DNA from: an uncultured Chloroflexia bacterium
Lineage (GTDB): Bacteria; Chloroflexota; Limnocylindria; Limnocylindrales; CSP1-4
Length of the DNA: 64,000 nt
Direction: 5' to 3'
Assembly (NCBI GenBank): GCA_963705215.1
Contig: CAVPJI010000002.1
Location: 49,818 to 113,817 of the forward strand
Part shown: piece after piece, positions 41,903 through 50,277 of the stretch
Numbering within the stretch: position 1 is the stretch's first letter
How the letters are laid out: every line of letters begins with the position of its first letter
Made by a program: the position numbers and the translations under genes
Notes under the pieces: model-generated
Seen by the model: only the letters and a program-made list of their open reading frames with translations
Told to the model about the DNA's origin: nothing
Databases searched by the model: none

Positions 41903-42622
41903 TCAGCTCGCCCGGGTCTCGCCCTCCGTCGCTGATGCGGCCGCGTCGAGCGCGGCCGAGCGGGCCTGGGCGCGCGTGTGGAGCACGCGCTGGATGACCG
42001 TGATGGTGGCGCCGAGGGCGATGATCGCGAGGGCGCCCTCGATGACCAGGATCCCGATCGGGGTCGCCGCGCCACCCGCCCCGTCGCCGGACGAGACGGC
42101 CTCGGTGCCGAGCAGGCCGCCCAGGACCAGGCCGCCGCACAGGATCACGAGGCGGATCTCGCGGGGCATCACCCCGACGGCCGCCATGCCGGTCCCGGCG
42201 GAGAAGCCGAGCCCCTCCGACTTGGCCCGGGCGTAGCTGACGAGGAAGGCGGAGGCCATCGCGGCGGCGGCGAGGATCGGGGCGTTTGCCCAGCCGCTGG
42301 CCGACAGGCCGGCCACGAGGCCGACGTAGACCAGGGCCTCGCCCCAGCGATCGAAGACCGAGTCCATGAAGGCCCCGAGCTTGCTGACCTTGCCCGTCGC
42401 GCGGGCCAGGGTCCCGTCGAACATGTCGAAGACGCCGCCGGCGAAGACGACGAGGCCGCCGGCCACCCACAGCTGGAGGCCGAGGAGAATGGCGCCGATC
42501 GTCGTGATCCCGAACCCGATGAGCGTCAGCCCGTCGGGGGTCAGGCCGAGCCGCCCGAAGAAGAGGGCGATCGGCTCGCCGATCTTCTTGACGCGGCCGC
42601 GCGTGTCGTTCGAGATCGTCAT
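41903..42622 (-). CDS. pgsA: CDP-alcohol phosphatidyltransferase (phosphatidylinositol phosphate synthase)
   Basis: [43 protein letters not shown]. Confidence 0.9.
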   Translation of the reverse strand: MTISNDTRGRVKKIGEPIALFFGRLGLTPDGLTLIGFGITTIGAILLGLQLWVAGGLVVFAGGVFDMFDGTLARATGKVSKLGAFMDSVFDRWGEALVYVGLVAGLSASGWANAPILAAAAMASAFLVSYARAKSEGLGFSAGTGMAAVGVMPREIRLVILCGGLVLGGLLGTEAVSSGDGAGGAATPIGILVIEGALAIIALGATITVIQRVLHTRAQARSAALDAAASATEGETRAS

Positions 42623-42624
42623 GC

Positions 42625-42957
42625 TCAGCTCATTCCAAGGATGGCCCGCTCGCGCGCCGCGACCTCGCCGAATGCCTCGGGGCGCAGGGAGCAGATCGTC
42701 TCGCGGCCGGCCCGGCGGGAGACGACCAGGCCTGCCTCGCGAAGACGGCGCAGGTGATGGCTGACAAGCGGCTGGCTGAGGCCGACGTGGTCGATGAGAT
42801 CGCCGACGCTGGCCGGGCCGTCGGCAAGGCGACGGACGATCCGCAGCCGGTTCACGTCGGCCAGGGCCTTGTGGAAGGTGCGGATCTCGCGGAGGTCATC
42901 CGGCTGGTCGACGATCGAGGCGATCGTGGAGCGGAAGCGCGCGGGCGAGGGGCTCAG
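42625..42957 (-). CDS. ArsR/SmtB family transcriptional regulator (probable CTG start at 42957)
   Basis: [43 protein letters not shown]; SD GGAG 7 nt before in-frame CTG. Confidence 0.85.
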   Translation of the reverse strand: MSPSPARFRSTIASIVDQPDDLREIRTFHKALADVNRLRIVRRLADGPASVGDLIDHVGLSQPLVSHHLRRLREAGLVVSRRAGRETICSLRPEAFGEVAARERAILGMS

Positions 42958-43004
42958 GGGTTCGCTCCGATCGGGTCGGGGTCTCGCCGGCGACGGCGAG
43001 CAGC

Positions 43005-43062
43005 AACGCTCGTTTATATAAAGCGTCGTTGATGGTAGGCGCGTGCCGCGCGACGTGTCAAG
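43005..43062 (-). promoter_or_regulatory. promoter and palindromic operator of arsR-pgsA-ino1-patA-patA-PHP-pimA operon
   Basis: Minus strand TTGACA, 18 nt, TACCAT, immediately followed by CAACGacgcTTTATATAAAcgagCGTTG (20/28 symmetric). Confidence 0.7.
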
Positions 43063-43130
43063 AACCTGAACCTGACCCGGTGGCGGCGAGCCCGCCCGAA
43101 GAGCCGGCTCCGGCCTCCCGCCCTCGCCAA

Positions 43131-43333
43131 TGCCCGCGTGGGCGTCACCAACGAGAATCCTCGCCGACGCCGGGCGCCTGAGCAGGGCCGGGATCGCCGG
43201 TGGCGGCCGCACTCCTTCGCTTCTGCATCTCCTCGAGGACAGTGACGAGGAATTGCAGCCACCCCGGGCCTCGCTGCCCGCGCCGGATCTCCTGATTGGG
43301 GCGAGTCGTCCGACGGTGACGCCCACAGCGGCA
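43131..43333. ncRNA. candidate ~200-nt rod-shaped structured RNA (strand unknown)
   Basis: Nested in-register helices: 43138-49/43315-26 (perfect 12 bp), 43160-65/43300-05, 43199-204/43258-63, 43223-27/43254-58, 43230-35/43246-51. Confidence 0.4.
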
Positions 43334-43373
43334 TATGCGAGGAAGTTGGCGGCGCGCGCGGCAAGCACGACCG

Positions 43374-43676
43374 TCACGGGCGCTTCGAGTCGCCACCGTG
43401 CTTCCGGCGCCGCGGGACAGACTCCCCTTTGGGGGGTGGCAGATCATCGTCGGCTCCCGCCGCACCGGCGGCACCGGCTGCATCGGCGGACCCCGCCGCC
43501 CCGGCGGCCCGGCCGCGCTTCACCTGGGCATCGAGAACCTGCTTGAACTGCTTGGCCAGGCCGGTCCGCATCCCGGCGCGCCGGGCCGCCGCCGCGTCGT
43601 GGTCGCGCCGGCGGGCGCGCGCGGCCTCGGCCGGCGGCAGCTCGTCGGATTGGTCGTCGGGCTGCTTGGGCGTCAT
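43374..43676 (-). CDS. small hypothetical protein
   Basis: 100-aa ORF downstream of CYTH gene; helical core GMRTGLAKQFKQVLDAQVK. Confidence 0.55.
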   Translation of the reverse strand: MTPKQPDDQSDELPPAEAARARRRDHDAAAARRAGMRTGLAKQFKQVLDAQVKRGRAAGAAGSADAAGAAGAAGADDDLPPPKGESVPRRRKHGGDSKRP

Positions 43677-43707
43677 CGGGACGAGGGGCTGCAGGAGGCC
43701 GCGGGCG

Positions 43708-44226
43708 TCAGCCCGGCTCGGCGGGGGGCCGGAGCGCCAGCACGTGGTTGGTGTAGGCAGCCTCCGTGCTCACCTCGCGCACGATGAGGGCCGCGATCGG
43801 AGGCGGCATCTCGGGTGTGTCCGCGGCGTCGTCGAGCTCGACCTCGAGCAGGACGAGCCCCGGCGGCTCTTCGAAGACATCGAGCTCGAGGGTCCAGCGG
43901 CCGCTGGTGAACACGTGCCGGGTCTTGCGGATCACCCGCCGGGCCGGGTCGGCCTCGGCCATGAGGCGCGCGTACTCTTCGGCCGTCAGGTCGCTCTCGA
44001 GCTCCTCGCGCACGATCCCCGCGACGTCGCGCTTGCGCGTGAACACGTGCCGGACCGTTCCTCCGCGATCGCTCCGCCGGACCCGACGAACCCAGTCGTC
44101 CTCGACGCGCAGGTAGGCCTGCTCGATCCGGACCTGGCGCGCGCCGAGCGCCGCGAGGTCGGACGCGGCCGGCGCGCCCGCCAGGAGGTACTTGCGCTCG
44201 ATCTCGAGGCCGGTGTCGTTGCCCAC
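43708..44226 (-). CDS. CYTH (triphosphate tunnel metalloenzyme) protein
   Basis: EIERKYLL (ExExK), IEQAYL, VRRVR, IRKTRH, LELDVF, LLEVEL. Confidence 0.9.
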   Translation of the reverse strand: MGNDTGLEIERKYLLAGAPAASDLAALGARQVRIEQAYLRVEDDWVRRVRRSDRGGTVRHVFTRKRDVAGIVREELESDLTAEEYARLMAEADPARRVIRKTRHVFTSGRWTLELDVFEEPPGLVLLEVELDDAADTPEMPPPIAALIVREVSTEAAYTNHVLALRPPAEPG

Positions 44227-44478
44227 GAAGCTGAGTATGCATCGACCGGTCCCGCGGGTCGACGGGCCGGACGCGGCCGGACCCGTCCTCGACCCTCAGC
44301 ATCAGCAGCCTTGCCGCTGAGAAGTCGCGAGTGGACGCTCGGGCGTCCCGGGGAGCGGGCGGTTCGGCGGAACCTCTGAGCGTACCCCGGTCGAATCCCA
44401 GCAGGCCGACTGCTGGGACTCCCGCCGCGCGGCCGCCGAGCGGGTGGCCCGCGCGGGCAGCGGCCCTACACTCCACGC

Positions 44479-46146
44479 ATGAATCGCCGGGTCGCGCTCG
44501 TGCTGCTCGCCGTCCTGGGCACCGGCGTCTTCCTGGCCGGGCTCGAGCTGATGATCACCGCGGTGGCGCTCCCGGCGATCATCGCCGACCTGGGCAGCTG
44601 GACCGAGCTGCGCCATGCCAGCTGGATCATCAATGCCTATCTCCTCGTCTACGTCGGGACGATGCCCCTCGCGGGCCGCCTGGCCGACACCTGGGGTGTG
44701 CGGCGCCTCTTCCTTGCCGCTCTCGTCTTCTTCACCCTGGGCTCGTTGCTGGCCGGTATGGCCCAGTCCCTCGACCAGCTGATCGCTGCCCGCGCGGTCC
44801 AGGCGCTGGGGGGAGGCGCGCTGGTCCCGGTCGCAACGGCGGCCGCGTCGCACCTCTTCGAGGGTCACGATCGGCCGCGCGCGCTCGGCGTGATCGGCGC
44901 GCTGACCTTCCTGGGGATGGCCGCCGGGCCGTTTCTCGGGGCGGCGATCCTCGACTTGGTCCAGCCGGCGGCGGCCCTCGCCAGGCTGGGCCTGCTCAAC
45001 GAGCCCGTGGCGGACTTCCTGGCGCCCGCCTGGCGGTACGTCTTCTACATCAACGTTCCCATCGGGCTGGCCGCGCTGGCCATCGGCTGGGCGGCAACCG
45101 CCGGCTGGGACACCCCGCGCTCGAAGGCGCGGGTGGACGTGCTGGGCGCCCTCCTCTTCACGGTCGCCCTCGGGGCGCTCCTGCTCGGCGTCACGCTCCT
45201 CGGCGAGGGGGGCGGAGCGCAGGCGGGTGGTCCGGACCCCGCTGCCATCTCCACCATCCTCATCGCCGTCGGGCTGGCCGCCGGGGCCGCGGCCGTCGTC
45301 CTGGGTCTGCGCCGCCGGGATCCCTTCCTCGACCCGCGACTCTTCGCGGACCGGGTCTTCGCGTCAGCCGCGCTCGTGAGCCTCCTGACCGGCTATGCGT
45401 TCGCCACCGCGATCGTCGGGTCGGCCGTCTTCGTCGACCGCGTGCTGTACGGGGGGCCGGACGACCAGCGCCTGGCCCTGGGCGCCCTCGCCGGCGCCAC
45501 GGCCGCGGGCACCCTGGCCTCCGGGTGGCTCGTCCGGCGCTGGTCGCTGCGCACCGTGACGGCCGTCGGCCTGTCCGCCTCGACCGCCGGCCTCCTCTGG
45601 ATGGGCACCTGGGACGCGCAGGTGTCCTACCCGGTCGTCGCCGGCGCAGCCGCCCTCTTCGGCCTCGGCTTCGGCCTGACCGTGACGCCGCGCAGCACGG
45701 CCGCCGTGGAGGCCGTGGGCCGGGCCCGGTTCGGGACGGCCTCGGCGACGGTGACGGTGGCCCGCATGATCGGGATGGCCGTCGGCCTCGCGATCCTGAC
45801 GGCCTACGGTTCGACGACCATCGCCCGCCTCTCGGACCAGGTCTTCGGGTCACCGGATGCCTACCGCGACATCGTGCCGCCGGCGCTCGCGGACCGGCCG
45901 TTGCGCGACCCACTGGTCGTCGACGCCCTCGAGGCGTGGGCGGCGGCCCGCGCCGCCGAGACGATGGTCGCCCTCTTCCTCGTGGCCGCCGGAGTCACCG
46001 TGGCTGCGTTCCCGGCCGGCGTCGCGCTCGGCGCGCGGCCGCGTATGCTCCGCGACGAGGCCGCCAGCGCCGCGGTCGCAGCGGGAGGTCCCGATGACGG
46101 AGGAGCCGGGCCCGACGGGGAATCTGAGCCAACCCTCGCCCTCTGA
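44479..46146 (+). CDS. MFS transporter (DHA2-like, about 14 TM)
   Basis: WIINAYLL, PLAGRLADTWGVRRLF, ARAVQALGGG, GPFLGA, FYINVPIG. Confidence 0.9.
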   Translation: MNRRVALVLLAVLGTGVFLAGLELMITAVALPAIIADLGSWTELRHASWIINAYLLVYVGTMPLAGRLADTWGVRRLFLAALVFFTLGSLLAGMAQSLDQLIAARAVQALGGGALVPVATAAASHLFEGHDRPRALGVIGALTFLGMAAGPFLGAAILDLVQPAAALARLGLLNEPVADFLAPAWRYVFYINVPIGLAALAIGWAATAGWDTPRSKARVDVLGALLFTVALGALLLGVTLLGEGGGAQAGGPDPAAISTILIAVGLAAGAAAVVLGLRRRDPFLDPRLFADRVFASAALVSLLTGYAFATAIVGSAVFVDRVLYGGPDDQRLALGALAGATAAGTLASGWLVRRWSLRTVTAVGLSASTAGLLWMGTWDAQVSYPVVAGAAALFGLGFGLTVTPRSTAAVEAVGRARFGTASATVTVARMIGMAVGLAILTAYGSTTIARLSDQVFGSPDAYRDIVPPALADRPLRDPLVVDALEAWAAARAAETMVALFLVAAGVTVAAFPAGVALGARPRMLRDEAASAAVAAGGPDDGGAGPDGESEPTLAL

Positions 46147-47128
46147 CGCGCTCCGCCTCGAGGCCGAGGCGTCGCTCCGGATCGAGCACTGGCGTGACGG
46201 CGAGCACCGGACGCTGACCGGGCTGGAGGCCCTGCACCACGCCGTCGGTGAATCGAGCGCGCGCCACTGGGTAGACCTGACGGACCCGTCCCCGGCTCTC
46301 GTCGAGGCAGTCTCGGACGAGCTCGGTCTGCACCCCCTGATCGCGGAGGACATCCTCGAGCGCAACCAGCGCCCCAAGCTGGAGCTGACCGACGGCTTCG
46401 CCCACCTCGTGGTCTTCGCCGTCGCCTGGGAGCGCGAGCTCCTCGTCGACGAGATCGACCTGGTCCTGGGCCGCTCGTTCCTGCTGTCCGTCCACACGGC
46501 GTTCTGGGATCCGCGCGCGGCGGAGCACCTGCGGGACGGCGTGGAGCCGGTCATCGCTCGCGGGACGGACTACCTGCTGTGGGCGCTCCTCGATCACGTG
46601 GTCGACCAGTACTACCCGGTCTTCGACCGGATCGAGGACGTGGTCGACGATCTCGAGGACCGGATCGTCAGCCGGCCGGACAACGACACGCTCGAGCAGC
46701 TCTTCGGCCTCAAGCGCCAGCTCGTGGAGCTGCGCCACGTCAGCTCGCCCCAGCGCGAGGTCTTCAACCAGCTGACGAACCGGACGCTCCCGTTCATCGA
46801 CCCGGAGCACGTCATCTACTTCCGGGACATCTACGACCACGCCGTCCACCTCTCCGACGAGTACGACTCGTTCCGGGAGCTCGTCTCGGCGGCCCTCGAC
46901 GTCTACCTCTCCACGATCAACAACAACCTGTCGCTGATCATGAAGCGGCTGACCGGGATCACCGTCATCCTGGCCGGGATCGGCGCCTTCGCCGGGATCT
47001 TCGGCATGAGCGAGGCAGGCGCGGCGTTCAAGCTCGGCGAGGCGCCCGGATTCTGGATCGTCACCTTCGGGATCATCGCGCTCGCGCTGGGGCTCGCAGT
47101 GGTGCTGCGCCGGATCCGCTGGATCTGA
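46094..47128 (+). CDS. corA: CorA family Mg2+/Co2+ transporter
   Basis: LGLHPLIAEDI, QRPKLE, YFRDIYDH, NNLSLIMKRLT, GIFGMS; SD GGAGGT before ATG 46094. Confidence 0.9.
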   Translation: MTEEPGPTGNLSQPSPSDALRLEAEASLRIEHWRDGEHRTLTGLEALHHAVGESSARHWVDLTDPSPALVEAVSDELGLHPLIAEDILERNQRPKLELTDGFAHLVVFAVAWERELLVDEIDLVLGRSFLLSVHTAFWDPRAAEHLRDGVEPVIARGTDYLLWALLDHVVDQYYPVFDRIEDVVDDLEDRIVSRPDNDTLEQLFGLKRQLVELRHVSSPQREVFNQLTNRTLPFIDPEHVIYFRDIYDHAVHLSDEYDSFRELVSAALDVYLSTINNNLSLIMKRLTGITVILAGIGAFAGIFGMSEAGAAFKLGEAPGFWIVTFGIIALALGLAVVLRRIRWI

Positions 47129-47196
47129 CGGGCGCTGCGCAGGATCGCGAAGGGCCGTCGCCCGCCGGCCAGCGACCGAGCGGGGCCGGATCGCGC

Positions 47197-47922
47197 TTAC
47201 TCGCAGACGAGCGGCTTTGCGATCGGGTTGGCGGCCTTCGGGTCGGCCGGCCCGACGCTCAGCGGTCGAGCCACGACCATCATCACCAGGCCGGTGTAGC
47301 CGGGCAGGCCCTCCTTCGGCCCTTCCGACGTCTGGAGGACGAGCTGCTCCGCGGTCGCCCGGAAGGCGAAGTCGAGGCTGTCCTGGTTGCGCATGACCCG
47401 GGTGATCTCGTAGAGGAAGAGCTGGTTGTCGTTCGTGTACACCTGGACCAGCATCCCCACCATCTTCGTGTCCGCGGTCCGGAGCAGGGGCAGGAACATC
47501 CCCTCGCGGGCGTGGGCGGAGAGGTAGGTCGTGCCCGGGGAGCCCGGCTGCTTGAGCTGAGGGAGGTACTCGGCGACGTTGCAGTACGGGAAGTGGTCCG
47601 GATCCCCGGGGGGCCGCACCACGGGGAGGTCAATTCGCAGAGCCGGGACGACCACCCGGCTCGCCACGCGGGCCGCCGAGGCGCTCGCCGACGGCGCGGC
47701 CGACGCGGAGGGTGCCCCGGTGGGGAGCGGCGGGAGGCTCGGCCGGGGCGTCCGGGCGACAGGGCCGGAGGGCTCCGCGGATGGGGCTGCCGACGGTGCA
47801 AGCGCCACGGCCTGCGGGGCGTCCTGGTAGCTGAGCAGCCCGACCGTGAGCAGCACGACACCGGCCGCCGTCACGAGGGCGGGCAGCAGGCGGCGGGCGA
47901 TCCAGTCGAGGAGCGAGCGCAT
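47197..47922 (-). CDS. sortase-fold membrane protein with Cys-to-Ser change at catalytic position
   Basis: N-terminal TM, Pro/Ala linker, RVVVPALRIDLPV, TTYLSAH, LFLYEIT, LVLQTSEG (TLxTC equivalent). Confidence 0.7.
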   Translation of the reverse strand: MRSLLDWIARRLLPALVTAAGVVLLTVGLLSYQDAPQAVALAPSAAPSAEPSGPVARTPRPSLPPLPTGAPSASAAPSASASAARVASRVVVPALRIDLPVVRPPGDPDHFPYCNVAEYLPQLKQPGSPGTTYLSAHAREGMFLPLLRTADTKMVGMLVQVYTNDNQLFLYEITRVMRNQDSLDFAFRATAEQLVLQTSEGPKEGLPGYTGLVMMVVARPLSVGPADPKAANPIAKPLVCE

Positions 47923-48109
47923 CGGTGAAGGCATCCTAGCAAGGAGATCGGGTGAGGCCACCCGGCGGTTTGTCCGGTGCTGGGACGCCGGAGGTCCCGG
48001 ACCTGTTGCGGGGCTGGAGCACGGCCGGTGACGCGCCGCACAATCGGTCCGGGCGCCTCTACCGTGCCGCGCGCGCAGCGCCGGCGCGAGTGGGCTACGC
48101 TCCCCGCCG

Positions 48110-48775
48110 ATGCGCTCCTTCGTCGCGATCGCGCTCGGGCTGGTCGTCGGCGCCGCGGCCGCCCTCGGGCTGGCCGTCGCCGTCTACTCGATCGTGCCCC
48201 GCACGCCCGCGCCAACGCCGGCGCCCTCGCCGACGCCTGTCGCCCTGCTGCCCTCGCCGACGCCCGCCGTCACGCCGGTGCCGCCGACGCCCGTCGCCAC
48301 GCCCGCGTCGAGCGCGAGCCGCAGCCCGTCTCCCTTCCCGCTTGTCGGGAAGCCGGCCCCGCCCCTCGTCGCGCCCGGCCTGGACGGCTCCACGATCGAC
48401 CTCGCCGCCTACCGCGGAAAGCCGGTCTGGATGGTCTTCACCGGCACCTACTGCCCGCCCTGTCGCGACGAATACCCGCTCATGAACGGGTTTGCCGTCC
48501 GCTACGCCGAGACGGGCCTGGTCGTCCTCGCGATCCACGTGAAGGAGGACGCGGCGACCGTCAAGCCGTTCGTCGACGAGCTCAATGTGACCTTCCCGGT
48601 CGGCCTGGACGAGGACGGGAGTCGTGCGGCTGCCTGGGACGCGCTCGCACTGCCGTTCCACTACTGGATCGACGAGGCGGGCATCGTGCAGGAAGCGGCG
48701 CTCGGCGGGCTGGGGCCGGACCAGATGGCTGCGGGCCTCTCGACGATCCTGCCCGGCGTCACGATCGGCGAGTAG
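48110..48775 (+). CDS. TlpA/ResA-like membrane-anchored thiol:disulfide oxidoreductase
   Basis: GKPVWMVFTGTYCPPCRDEYP (CxxC), ALPFHYWIDEAG. Confidence 0.88.
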   Translation: MRSFVAIALGLVVGAAAALGLAVAVYSIVPRTPAPTPAPSPTPVALLPSPTPAVTPVPPTPVATPASSASRSPSPFPLVGKPAPPLVAPGLDGSTIDLAAYRGKPVWMVFTGTYCPPCRDEYPLMNGFAVRYAETGLVVLAIHVKEDAATVKPFVDELNVTFPVGLDEDGSRAAAWDALALPFHYWIDEAGIVQEAALGGLGPDQMAAGLSTILPGVTIGE

Positions 48776-48787
48776 ACCGCCGCGCGG

Positions 48788-50263
48788 CTACGGCAGCGCC
48801 GCGCCCACCGCAGCGGCGGCCGAGCCGACCGCCTCGAGGAGCGGGCCCGGAAAGAGGCCCAGGAGAATCGTGCCCACGCCGGTGATCGTCAGCCCAACGC
48901 GGAGCAGCATCCCGTGGGCGACGGGCGTCGCGTCGCCCTGCGGCTCGCGCATGTACATGTAGACGATGACGCGCAGGTAGTAGAAGGCGGCCGCCGCGGC
49001 GTTGAGGACCGCGATCACCGCGAGCAGGGTCAGCCAGCCGCCGCCCTGGACCGCTGCCAGGATCACGTACGCCTTGCCGAAGAAGCCAGCCGTCGGCGGG
49101 ATCCCTGTCAGGGACAGCAGGAAGAGGACCATCAGGACCCCGAGGATCGGCTCGCGGCGGCCCAGGCCAGCGAACGTCTCGAGCCTGCTCGTCACGCCGG
49201 GGCGCTTCTGGAGCGCCGTGATGACGGCAAAGGCACCAAGGTTCATGAAGGTATAGGCGGCGGCGTAGAACAGGAGCCCTTCGAGGCCCTCGATCTGGCC
49301 CGCGGCGTACGCCGTGAGGCCCACCATCATGTAGCCGGTGTGGGCGATCGAGGAGTAGGCGAGCATTCGCTTCACGTTGTCCTGGGTGAGCGCGACGAGG
49401 TTGCCCAGGGTCATCGTGAAGGCCGCCAGGACGAAGAAGACGATGGCCCACTCGTCCTTCAGCGGTCCGAGCGCCTCGGCGAAGACCCGCAGGATCACCG
49501 CGAAGGCGCCGACCTTCGGCAGCACCGAGAGATAGCCCGTGATCGGCGTCGGCGAGCCCTGGTAGGCGTCGGGCGTCCAGTAGTGGAACGGGACGGCCGC
49601 AATCTTGAAGGCGACGCCGGTGGTCAGGAAGGCGAGGCCCAGGGCAAGGCCCGGCGAGAGGGCCGCCTGGCCTTCGACGATGGCCTCCAGCGCGGCAGCC
49701 ACGTCGCCGACCCGGGTGGAGCCGGTGAGCCCCCAGACGAAGGCCAGCCCGAAGAGAAAGATCGCGCTCGAGAACGAGCCGAGGAGGAAGTACTTGACCG
49801 CACCCTCCGTGGAGAGCGCGTCGCGCTTGTGGTAGCCGGCCAGCATGTAGCCGGGGATCACCATCAGCTCCAGGCCCAGGAAGAGCACCAGGAGATCGGC
49901 CGACGCCGCGATGAGCATCGCTCCCGCGAGGGCGAAGACCAGGATGACGGCGAACTCCGGCACGGGCAGCCCGCGCGCGGCGAGATACTCCGGCCCGAAG
50001 AGGATCGTGAGGGCCACGATCGCCACGAAGACGAGGTCGAGGAAGGTCGTCAGGTCGTCCACGCGGTAGGAGCCGCCGAAGGCGGTTCCGGGCGTTGCCC
50101 CGGCCCATGCGACGAGGGCTGCGACGACCGCCAGGCCCACCAGGCTCACCCCGATGGCGGCCCGTGCACTCGCCGGGGCGACGATGTCGGCCACGATGAT
50201 GAGCGCGGCGAGCAGGACGACCGCGACGAGCGGCGCGATGACGGCGAGGTCGGCAGTGGACAT
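48788..50263 (-). CDS. nuoN: NADH-quinone oxidoreductase subunit N
   Basis: LFLGLELM, EGAVKYFLLGS, FKIAAVPFHYWTPDAYQGSP, KRMLAYSSIAHTG, GIPPTAGFFGK. Confidence 0.95.
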   Translation of the reverse strand: MSTADLAVIAPLVAVVLLAALIIVADIVAPASARAAIGVSLVGLAVVAALVAWAGATPGTAFGGSYRVDDLTTFLDLVFVAIVALTILFGPEYLAARGLPVPEFAVILVFALAGAMLIAASADLLVLFLGLELMVIPGYMLAGYHKRDALSTEGAVKYFLLGSFSSAIFLFGLAFVWGLTGSTRVGDVAAALEAIVEGQAALSPGLALGLAFLTTGVAFKIAAVPFHYWTPDAYQGSPTPITGYLSVLPKVGAFAVILRVFAEALGPLKDEWAIVFFVLAAFTMTLGNLVALTQDNVKRMLAYSSIAHTGYMMVGLTAYAAGQIEGLEGLLFYAAAYTFMNLGAFAVITALQKRPGVTSRLETFAGLGRREPILGVLMVLFLLSLTGIPPTAGFFGKAYVILAAVQGGGWLTLLAVIAVLNAAAAAFYYLRVIVYMYMREPQGDATPVAHGMLLRVGLTITGVGTILLGLFPGPLLEAVGSAAAAVGAALP

Positions 50264-50277
50264 CGGCGGGGCTCCCG

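Noticed and set aside
42958-43377. N-terminally extended 250-aa ArsR
   Set aside because: Extension crosses a consensus promoter and an AT-rich operator with atypical codons (CTT TAT ATA AAC); likely non-coding
44245-44300. GC hairpin between CYTH and MFS
   Set aside because: Short, within a divergent promoter region, and expected by chance at this GC content
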